Positions 50,154-62,100 of a stretch of 64,000 nucleotides of DNA are shown one piece after another. The DNA lies in assembly GCA_903813345.2 (NCBI GenBank), contig CAIIXF020000001.1, positions 29,140,001 to 29,204,000 of the forward strand, written 5' to 3'. The translations under genes and the position numbers were made by a program. How positions within the stretch are numbered: position 1 is the stretch's first letter; every line of letters starts with the position of its first letter. The notes below the pieces were generated by a model that worked only from the letters and a program-made list of their open reading frames with translations, was not told where the DNA came from and made no database searches. The stretch is from Owenia fusiformis. Taxonomy: Eukaryota.

Positions 50154-53100
50154 ATGATGAACACTAACAAACTGTTGAAAACACTTCTTATTCTACAACT
50201 GTTTGGAGGGATGTCTGGAATTTTCTTTCCTGAAATTGGTGGTTAGTAAATTATTTTTCGTCTGTAGATGTGAAGCTAGCTTACTTTGGCCATACCTGTC
50301 TTATAACGCCATATCCTAGACAATTGAAGAGATGCCAAAATTAGGCAACTTTTGATCCTTCTATGAATAATATTTAAGTTTTTATCATTTTTAGAATTTA
50401 AATATTAAGTTTGAGAACAACAAATTTACAATGGAGTTCTATGAGAAATATCTTAAAATCTAAAATATTATGCATGCAGTTAATTTGACCAATGTTTTTG
50501 GAAAGTGCCAATTGAAAATATGTGATTATCTCTTCTACCATAATGGGTGTATATGGCCATTCTCTAAAACTATTGTTTTTTCAAATTATTCAATTTCTAA
50601 TCATAAGCCAGACCATTTGTCTCATCAAGGCTTATAGTGTCATATAAAACTGTTTATAATTTTATCTAAAAGCATTGATTTTAGAAAGAGTGTTTTTCAT
50701 CTTTAATTTTCAGTGTATTATTTTTTCTTTCAGTGATCAGTCGAGACCCATTTTGTGATAAAGTTTATGGTAAAAAATCATGTGCTGTGTTTGGAGGTTT
50801 TCTCAATCTCACATGCACAATTGATTTTAATGTTTATGAAGGAAACAAAACCGCAGCTGATATCTTCTTTGAGGTAAGACCAGTAATTTTTTGATCTAAT
50901 GTCCTGATATGAAATTTTACTGTTGAAAAGTCTTGTTTATAAAAAGCCATCAATATAAACCCTAGTCAACTACATGTACATAAACTGTATTCTCTTTACT
51001 GGTTCCAGTTCGAACAGGGAAATGAGATACTTCCATACCCACCTGAATTTGTGACGGTGGTTGACAATGCAACTGCAGTTTTATCTGTTCCTGATATGCC
51101 ACATTTCAAACTCTCGACTGAAAATACAACTGGGCGGTGTCATCACGCCTGTGTGATCAGGGAAGATGCGGAAAAATCAACATTTGTAGACGATATACCA
51201 ACAGTTGTAGCTCGTAAGGAATTATCACATTGCAAGCTCATAATAATTAACCCAGTGTACAGTCCAATTCATAGTTTAAACAAATGTCTTTGGAAATGAA
51301 CACTGTCTGTAACTACTAAATGTGTCATTTTGGGAACTCTGCTGAGACTACCTGTTATTACTTTTTGCAGAAAAAGATATTGATATTTTGTATATTAGTT
51401 AAATTTAGTCATAGCGATTCCAGGAAAACTGCACGTTAGATTTTCTTCAAATTAGTACACATGATAGAGGATACCAAAGTGTACAACAAGGTAGTGACAT
51501 TTTGTCATGTTAATGTCTTGTGTGTCTGTTAATGCCTTGTGTGTCTGGCGGTGTGCTTCGGTCATGTCCTGTGCCTTGTTCAAATTGGATATGAAGTGTG
51601 ATCAGAGGTCTAATGGTGCTATCTCTCTAATTGAATGTTGAATGTGTAAATGTTTTGTAATGTTGTATAATGAATGCGCTCATAATTTTCCAGATTTGCC
51701 TGTCCAGCCTCACAGTATTGAGTGCCGAATAAAGAACTGGAATGATTTTGTTATTTGTCAATGGCAACCTCAGATTATCCACAACACAATCAACACTCAA
51801 ATAAAAACATATGTAAAACATTGGTAAGTCAACAAGCTTGATATAACTTTTCATCTCAACATTGACCTATTTTGATGTCTGTTCTCCATTATGTGTAATA
51901 TGATATTATTTAATGGTTTAAACAAAGGTAGCATAAAAGATGATTTGCTACATAAATGGATAAATAGATAGCAGAAGTGTTTTGGTATAAGTAGATTTCT
52001 TCATACACATTTATCTCGAGGATTGATTTACCTTAAGATGATCCTTACAAGAGTAAATATTTTAAAGATTTGGCCTTTCCTATAATGGAAAACTGAAAAA
52101 TCCTAGTGAATTAAATAAAATGAAAATAATTCCAAATCATATGTTTGCAGAATTCAAATACATTTATGTCTTTAAATACAAGATTTTTTATATCCACTTT
52201 GGTTAAATATAAGAATCGTTTAAAATGTCATTAAAAACTCGACTTCAACAAGATTTCAAAGCTGTTTAGCAGATACATATTCAAATTTTCCAATAGTGTC
52301 TCCAGTACACACAATTTATGGTAAAACCAGTGATGAAGTCAACACTGGTTCATATATTTATGAGTATGTGTATTTTTATAACCAAGAGTAATATAAAATC
52401 ATTGTGCATGCAGGTGTTTGTTTTAGATGATAAATATGAAATACACTACAGATAAATGACAATAACAGAGGCATAAACTTTTTAGCAAATATTTATTATT
52501 GAGAACTTCTTGTAAGTGGGGCATGATGAAAAATAGATATCCAGTATTTATGATTTCATTGTTGTTGTCACAGTTGACTCCATGTTAGATTTTTCAAAAT
52601 CATGAAAATTTCATTTAACTTTTGCTCTGTATTAAATACATGTAACTTTTCACGATATTGTTTGCTGCATAATAGAGTGCTGCATAATAGAGTGGCCATC
52701 CCCAAAATTACAAATAGCTGAAAGCTGTAACAGAGAATCGTTATTCTGTTTTTCAGTGAGAATTGTTCAAAAGAACTTGCATGTCATTACAATTATCCCG
52801 TTGATGAACTGAGTCCTTGCATTGTGAAGTCCAATACAACATACTTCTACTTTGAGGTTGAGATATATAATGAACTGAATAATAATGGAGCGCTCACCAC
52901 AAGCTTTACTGGGAATACACATACTCTAGGTAGGTGATGCTTCACAATATATAACAGTTTCACTTGTTTGCATACTATACAGTAAAACCTACATTATCTA
53001 AGTGGAACACCTTTTGTACCTCTAAAAAGTATTCCACTTGGGAGGTATTCCAATTACAGAGCAGTGATCTCCCAAGCATTAAAACAAGTGGGCGCAGCAC

Positions 53101-56100
53101 CCACCTGAGATTTTGAAAATTTACTTGCCCCCACCTGAAAATCCATTTGCACCCACTTGAAAATGAAAAAATCATGAAAAATTGGCATATTTTGACCAAT
53201 TTTTTCTGAATTGTGAAAACGAGAATTTCGCACCCACTTGAAAAAAAATCCTGTGGCGATCACTGTAGAGGTTCATTTAACATTTAGTCAGTTGGTCTTA
53301 GGACTTTGAAAAGTGTTCCATTGACAGAGGTGTATCACCTACAGAGGTGGTCCAATTTGCAGGTTTCACTGTACTTGTCTAAATTACAATGCATCATTTT
53401 CGTTTTTTCCTTTTAGTTATAACTGCATGTTGTTTAGCATTACTTTTAGGTCACATATGTATGATACATGTATATACCTTGAACCTCAAGTGGTATTTTA
53501 CAGGGAAAATGTTTTGTTGGAGTTTTATCATACCTAAAAAGGCTATGATTTGTCATCAGCATGTTTAATTGAAAGTGCCCTCTATAACACAGAAAATGTA
53601 AAAAAAATTATACTTAAACTTTGTGTCTAATTTGTGTTTCAGTTGAACCTGCTCAAGTAGTTGCTAATGCTACTGCAGGTGACAGTTCTAGTATAGATGT
53701 CATATGGCTGAGAACTGCCCCTGATGAAGCCAATATTCAATATGATGTCACATATACCTCACAATGGGAAAAACACAAGGTATTGATATGTAGTGTTAAA
53801 TTTGTCTTAGTGAACACCTTTCTCTAGTAAACACCTGTGTCTTGTGAACATTCCTTTTCAGCATATGCATGTACACCATTTACTTCTGTATAAAACTGCC
53901 TCTCTGTAGTGAACACCTACCTAAAGTGAACACATTTATCTGGCTCCATGGGTGTTCACTGTACACGGGTTTTACTGTACAAAGAAAAAAGAGTTACAAG
54001 TAGATTCTTTATGAACTACAATTGTAGTTTTTATGTCACCACCAAAAGTGGTGACATATTGTTATGGTCTCCGTTTTTTTGCGACGGTGGTTGGTGGTTG
54101 GAGGTTGGAGGTTGGCGTCCGGCGTCCGGCGTCTGTAACAATTTCTTACAACTTCCTATAACTTAACAAATACTGTTTAGACTGACTTCGATTTTTTTCT
54201 AAATCATCTACATGTTCTCAGAAGTTCAAATCTGACTTTAGATTTGACATTTGACCTTCAATGACCTTCTCAAGGTCAAAAATGTCTTTTTTCAACTTGC
54301 TTCACATTGACTAAATTTTTTTTCAAAATCATCTACATGTCCTCCGAAATTCAAATCTGACCTTAGATTTGACTTTAGATTTGACATTTGACCTTCAAAT
54401 CTGACTTTAGATTTGACATTTGACCTTCAATGACCTTCTCAAGGTCAAAAAAGGTCAAAAAGGTCTGTTTTCAAGTTGCTTCAAATTGACTAAAATTTTT
54501 TTTTTAAATCATCTACGTGTTCTCAGAAATTCAAATCGGACTTAAGATTTGACATTTGACCTTCAATGACCTTCTCAAAGTCAAAAAAGGTCAAAAAGGT
54601 CTGTTTTCAACTTGCTTCAAATTGACTAAAGAATTTTTTCAAAATCATCTACGTGTTCTCAGAAATTCAAATCTGACTTTAGATTTGACTTAAAATTAGG
54701 CATTTGACCTTCAATGACCTTCTCAAAGTCAAAAAAGGTCAAAAAGGTCTTTTTTCAACTTGCTTCCAATTGACTAAATTTTTTTTTCAAAATCATCAAC
54801 ATGTTCTCAGAAATTCAAATCTGACTTTAGATTTGACATTTGACCTTCAATGACCTTCTCAATGTCAAAAAAGGTCAAAAAGGTATTTTTCCATCTTGCT
54901 TCAAATTGACTAAATTTTTTTTCAAAATCATCTACATGTTCTCAGAAATTCAAATATGACTTTAGATTTGACTTTAGATTTGACATTTGACCTTCAATGA
55001 CCTTCTCAAGGTCAAAAAAGGTCAAAAAGGTCTTTTTTCAACTTGCTTCAAATTGACTAATTTTTTTTTCAAAATCATCTACATGTTCTCAGAAATTCAA
55101 ATCTGACTTTAGATTTGACATTTGACCTTTAATGACCTTCTCAAGGTCAAAAAAAGGTCAAAAAGGTATTTTTTCAACTTGCTTCAAATTGACCAATTTT
55201 TTTTTCAAAATCATCTACATCTTTTCAGAAGTTCAAATTTGACTTTACAAGTTCTCAGAAGTTCAAATCTGACTTTAGATTTGACCTTTGACCTTCAATG
55301 ACCTTCTCAAGGTCAAAAAGGTCTTTTTTCAACTTGCTTCATATTGACTAAATTTTTTTTTCAAAATCATCTACATGTTCTCAGAAGTTCAAATCTGACT
55401 TTAGATTTGACATTTGACCTTCAATGACCTTTTCAAGGTCAAAAAGGTCTTTTTTCAACTTGCTTCAAATTTACTTAATTTTTTTTTCAAAATCATCTAC
55501 ATGTTCTCAGAAGTTCAAATCTGACTTTACATTTGACATTCGACCTTCAATGACCTTCTCAATGTCAAAAAAAGTCAAAGAGGTATTTTTTCAACTTGCT
55601 TCAGATTGAACAATTTCTTTTTTCAAAATCATCTACAAGATCCCAGAAGCTCAAATCTTCAAAAACCTTCTTAAGGTCAAAAGGTATTTTCCAACTTGCT
55701 TTAAATTGACCAAATTGTTTTAGGTGGTGACATTTTGTCATGTTAATGCCTTGTTTAATATCTATTGCAAAACTACATGTACAATGCTCCCCTCCCAGTT
55801 TTCCGCTTCTAAGAAGTATGGACAGGATGTGCCCACAGTCTTGCTGATTTTTAAAATTTGAGATATTTCTCAAGTTGCAAGCCGAAAAAAAATCACAAAA
55901 CTGAGAACCAACTTTCTGATCAGTCTTTATATACTGTGTCACGCTGTTGTTTTAATAGCCTTCTTTTTGGTGTAAGGGCTTGTTGTGTGTAATAACTACT
56001 TACGCTTCTGGCACCATTGTGAATAACTTGAGAAGAAATGTTCAAATTGATTGGTTTTTTACTATAAACACACATACGGACTTGTTATAAGTCTCAACAG

Positions 56101-59100
56101 ATTTTGACAATTTTAATCAATAGCTGTTACCATTTCAGCCATTTTCTACATTATACATACTTGTATGTTTTTACTTTGATCAAGGTAATCAAGGCAGAGA
56201 AGGAAGGTCTACATATCACAGGGTTGGTGCCATTCACTACTTACACAGTAGAAGTGATTGTTAGAGCCATCTATAACAGCATGGTTGTAGGGTATCCCAG
56301 CATTCCCTCTGTAGTCATAGCAACTACACATGAAGATGGTAAGTAATGGCAATCAAATGAACCAATGATCTTTTATATGATTTAGGAAATTGGAACACTT
56401 TATAATAATACATAGTTTTAAGCTAATATGTACATAAATGTAATTGTTTATCCCAAATATTCATAAGATATCCTTATTTTATGGATGACCTCAAAACACA
56501 GCAAAACTTGTTTAAGTGGAACACCCTTGTGGTTATACAGCTATACAGTTGTTTCTTAAATTACAAGAACATATCTTCAGGCATATTGAAACTAAGAAAC
56601 TATTTATACCAGATCAAGAAATTGATAAATAAATAGATTAATACCAGATTGTTGGGAAATCAGTGGAAATCAACCCTTGCAAGCAAGTCTAGTGAGAGAT
56701 CTCATTTGTGGTAAAGATTAAAGAAGATCATTAACGTGCTTGATTTTAACAATGACTTATTAAACATGTATAATATTATCCTTGGACTAAAGCTAGTACT
56801 TAGCTAATCTTTCTAATAATAAACAGAACATTTGACTCATTCCCTTTTCCCGTTGAATTTTGATTCAGTTATATTTTTTCTAATGTTACTGATGCTTCAT
56901 GTCTAGTTTAAATATCTTAATATTTGAAACCTTACATTTCTTTGGCCCACCCTGTAGTATTTATCTTATTTCTTTTCAACCCAGACCAATATGATAGGCC
57001 AATAATATAACAAATGTTATCTGATCATCTCCATGGGTACCAGTATGGTGTCCATAGCAATGTGTATTTTTATATTGTTTCAGTGCCAGGTGGGACACCT
57101 GCAGTAACAAGGGGTGCATTTAGAGAATCTACAGAGTCACAACAAACATATGTCACCATATACTGGCAGGAAATTGAGGAAAAATTACGTCATGGAAACG
57201 TTACATATTCTCCAATAATGACAAGTCCTCAGTCAATTATTCCAGAAAATAACGGGGAAGCTATTTTAACGTCTGCAAAATTTAAGAAAACAATAGCAGA
57301 CAATTACACATTTGAGGTGAGGAGTCGAACACAAGTCGGGGCCAACTCATCATTGCCTATCCCTCAAATGGTTGTTTTTGCAGAAAAAAATCGTGAGTAC
57401 AACTATTTCTTTCTTATCTTCTATTAATGTATCATCTGTTCATATATTTTATTATTTATATTGCATTCACATTGAAAATCATGGCACTTGGCCTTTTTGA
57501 TATTACTACAGCAGATGAAATCCATACATTTACATACATAAAGCTGATAATTCAAATTCCAAATTCTGACTGAAAATAGTTTTCTATCTCCACATTCAGT
57601 TAAAATGTACATATCTCTAATCCTAACGCCCATTAATATGAAAACTTTTTGATCCCATTTTTTATATTTTTGACTCCAAGTCCCATATTAAGATTCAACT
57701 TATTAACCTCAGCTTATCCAAACATTTGGCCAATCCCAGTATTGTTTTGATTAGACAGGCAACATTTTGTAATGATTTTTACAGGTGTGAAACCTACTGA
57801 TTGGATAGTGGAAGATATAGATGGCGTGATAACATTTCATTGGCCCAATAGTACACATAGCCACACAGCCTTTTGGTGCCTCAAGTCAGCTGACTCTTAC
57901 TCAGATTGTCAGGTACAGGTGTAGAGAATCAACTGTAGAACTTAAGTTTCAGTATTTATTTGAAAAAATGCCTCGGCAAGCTGCTCATTTTGTTAAATTT
58001 TGCTATTTTAAAAGAAGAAATGCAATTTACAATATTAAATGAATTATACTTGTGTCAAAAAAAGATGTAATATTTATAAACAAATATCTTTACTTTAGTG
58101 GTTGATAAGCCCATGTCGGCTGGGTTATTTCATTACTTTTCTTTTGTATTGTACTGTATTAAATGATGTAAACTTACCACTGTAAATAACAATAAAACTA
58201 AACTAAACTAAACTGTAGTGCTATTGAGATCTTTCTGATTAACCCTGGTCTAGGTTGAAACTTCTGTTCTTGATGCCACATATTCCCTTGGTATATTTTC
58301 ATGTCACTACCATAAGTGGTGAACATTTGTTATAGACTCAAACTTTTCTGTGGACAGTGGTCAGAGTACGGCGGTCGGTGTTCGGTGTCTGTAACAAATA
58401 TTAGGTGGTGACATTTTGCATGTTAATGCCTTGTCATGTATTTATGATACATTTCATCTCTCATTCATTTAGAGATAAATAATATGCAAGTATTTGTATT
58501 TTGTTCTGTGTGCCTTTGTAGGTTGAACTAAAATGGGAAGTTATTCCTGTTGGTCAGCAGAACTTAAGTCTATTTGGCCTCATCAGCCCAGGACTCCACC
58601 TGTTTGGGTTGTCTACAGAGGATGCAGAAACAAGCAGTGGGTTCCAATGGGCACGCTGTGTACATGCTACCACATCAAGTAAATGAATGATTGATTTATC
58701 TCAACTCATGACTCATATGACTCAACAAGAGTCACATTTGTCTCTCATTTTAAGAGTCACACTTATCCAATGTCGGCTGAATGTATAAGCCTTATACACA
58801 ATGACTAAACTTTTGCGTCATGTCATATCCACTAATTATCCCATCGAACGAAGTTCGGAGGGATATAGGGAACGCCTCCGTCCGTCCGTACGTACGTCTG
58901 TACGTCCGTCCGTCCGGGCAATAACTCAAATACGGTTGGCCAGTTTTTGTTCATATTTTGTACACATATACCCTATGAGGTAAGAAGTTCTGCTCGAAAG
59001 CCGATTTTCAAAATGGCCACTCATTTCAAAATGGCAGCCATTTTAGTGATGATTTTACAGTAATTTAGGTGCAATATGTAAAACTGTAATAGCAATATGT

Positions 59101-62100
59101 TTTAAATGTAAAAAAATTATAAAGGACGTTAATAATGCTACAAATGTAGATATTAAAGAAGCACATGGCAGCCATCTTGAAAAATGGCGGCCTTTACTCG
59201 TCATTTTACGATTTTTGCTGTAACTCAAAAAGTAGTGGAGCGATTTTGTTCATATTTGGTATGTGGATACTATAAGCATTGCACACTGTCTAAAGACACT
59301 TTTGGTAAAGGCGGCCATTTTTCAAAATGGCCACCATTTTAACGTATTTTACTATAACTCGAAAAGTAGTGGAGCGATTTTGTTCATATTTGGTATGTGA
59401 ATACTATAAGCATGGCACACTGTCCTATGACACTTTTGGTAGCAGGCGGCCATTTTAACATATTTCACTATAACTTGAAAAGTAGTGGAGCGATTTTGTT
59501 CATATTTGGTATGTGAATACTATAAGCATGGCACACTGTCCTATGACACTTTTGGTAAAAGGTGGCCATTTTGAAAACAATTTTGAAAAATGGCGGCCAT
59601 TTTAACATATTTTACTATAACTCGAAAAGTAGTGGAGCGATTTTGTTCATAATTGATATGTGAATACTTTAAGCATGGTACATTGTCTAATAAAACTTTA
59701 GGGAGTAGTCGGCCATTTTGAAAAATGGCCACCATTTTTATGTGTGTTATTTTAGAAGCATGTGTGCGATATTTCAAAAATTTTAGAGGTGGCTACTTAA
59801 AAGCATATTATTTCTTTTGATGACAACTTGGCTAGTGAGCAACCATTTTGAAAATGGTGGCCTTTCTGGTGTGTTGTTTTATGATATTTGCTATTCGTTT
59901 GTAAAAATGCCAGCCATTTCTGTTCGATGGGATTCGCTACGCTTTGGCGTTGCCGTTGTTCTGGTGATGCATTGTTTTTATTTCTAGAACATTTTGTCGA
60001 ATATAAGATAACACACAGTGTGCGTTTAGTCTTTATTTCCAAAATTCTGTTACTTCTAAGACAGACATTGTTTATTTTCACTGAAATATCCTACATGTAT
60101 ATAACTACTTTAAATAAACCAATCAGGGCAGTGTGAAATGCGAGCATTTGTTTTCTTCAGGACCAACAAAAGCTCCAGCAAACTTCAATCTCACTGACTC
60201 CAACAACCAACGAGCAGAGATGATTGAGGTCAGTTGGAGCCACTACTCTTGCGAAGAGTATAGTGGTATTGTGCTCAACTACCTGATCAGAATCTGTCGA
60301 CAAAATAATTGTAAAGGTATGTCATGTTCAGATGATTATTATGTCACCACCATATTCTAGCATTCGGTGGTTAGTGTTTGGCAGTTGGCATCTATAGCAA
60401 ATGGAAAGTGGTGACATGTTGCATGTTAATGTCATATTCAAGTCTTGGTATAGTAATGGTACTTGGATTGGTTAACTACTTACAATGTGTGTATGTAAGT
60501 GATCCATTGAAAAATCATACAGTTAATTGTCAATAGTTTTTAAACCCACACTATTTTAATCTGCATTCAGGATTAGGAAACTGTAAGATTTGGTGTCTGT
60601 TTTCAATGTATACATATTTGAAAGGTATGTTCCTAGATGTTATTTATTAGAAGGAAATGAGTTTATATTATTATAAGAACTGATCAGAAAGAGAGATGTG
60701 TTAACAAAGGGGTATCTCTATTCTCTATGCATGTATTCAAAATTTAGTTAAGCATAATTTTTCTTAACGCACTTTTAAATTTTGTTTGGATCAGTTTGCA
60801 TAAATATAAAAATGGTCTGTTATTCTAGAAATTAACACTGAGCCATTTGCGAGACAGTGGGAGATTAAAGATGACCTTGAGGTTGGTGCCATCTATACAC
60901 TGACTTTGGAAGCAGTTACCAAATATGGCAATAGCCCACGTACAAGCCCTGTCACCGCTATTGCTAAAAGAGGTATACATCTCAAAAATTACTCTTGTAT
61001 AGAACAGTTCAAATATGCTATTAAAGATCTTGATCTGAACATGTCACCGCCTATTGTATTTATAATCCCGCAACAGACCTCCTGTATGGTCTTTGGCGAT
61101 TGGAGATCTTGTTAATCATTCGCATTAATAAATATCATAAAAAATGGATTTATTATAGAGAAGAATTCAAATATGCTATTAAGGATCTTTATCTTTCACA
61201 TTTTGAACCTGGAGATCCTTACTGATGTTAAACTTGAATCAACTCATCTTCCAGATCCAGCCAAGTTGTCAACTGCAGTCATTGTGGTAATCTGCCTAGC
61301 AGGCATTGTTGTGTTTGGAATGATATGTCTGGGGGCATCCTATATGATAAAGTAAGTTTGACAATATTGTTAAGTGAATATGGCTGATTTTGAATATAAT
61401 AGTCTAGCTACTAGCACTTGTGACCCCCCTCCCACACCCCAACTACAAGCAAGTCTAGAATAGAACTGATCATTTGATTGTGTAAATCTGATTGTATAAA
61501 TATGCCAATGCTGATGTTACAAAGTCTTTACATGGCAGTGAAACGTGAACCAACAATCTCGCAATAATCTGCCAGTTGTTTTTCAGTTGAACATATCTTG
61601 ATAGATGGGCTTCTTGTGAAGAATGTTACATTTACATGATCTAACATGATCTTAACTCTTGTTTTAATCAGTGAAATACTTCACAATATGTTTGATAACT
61701 ACATATTCATGAAAAAAGATGACTTAGATATTTTCATACCTTTTTTCCAGATATATAATTCGTAAAGTAAAGAAAACAAAACCGAAAATAACAGTAAGTT
61801 TCATTTAACTTTATATTGTGACCTGAAAATTCATATACTGGACTCAATGTTGTATTAACATTAAAAATGTTAGTACTTTAGGCAGTGTATAACTTGAGTA
61901 TAACTTGAGTTCATGGAGGCTTTGCATTTTTATCACGTTAATGCCTTGCGTATTATACTTGAAAGGGTGAGTCTCATCCTCTTTAAAACTTACAAATGCG
62001 TAATGACTGTTTATCAACCTGAGCTACAATATCCAACATTTATCAGTGTGGAGGCCATTTAAATAAATCTACTCTAATTTTGAAAAAATTTAAAATTTGG

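Noticed and set aside
54181-55700. CRISPR-like array
   Set aside because: Whole units repeat with no unique spacers, no cas genes, eukaryotic intron context.
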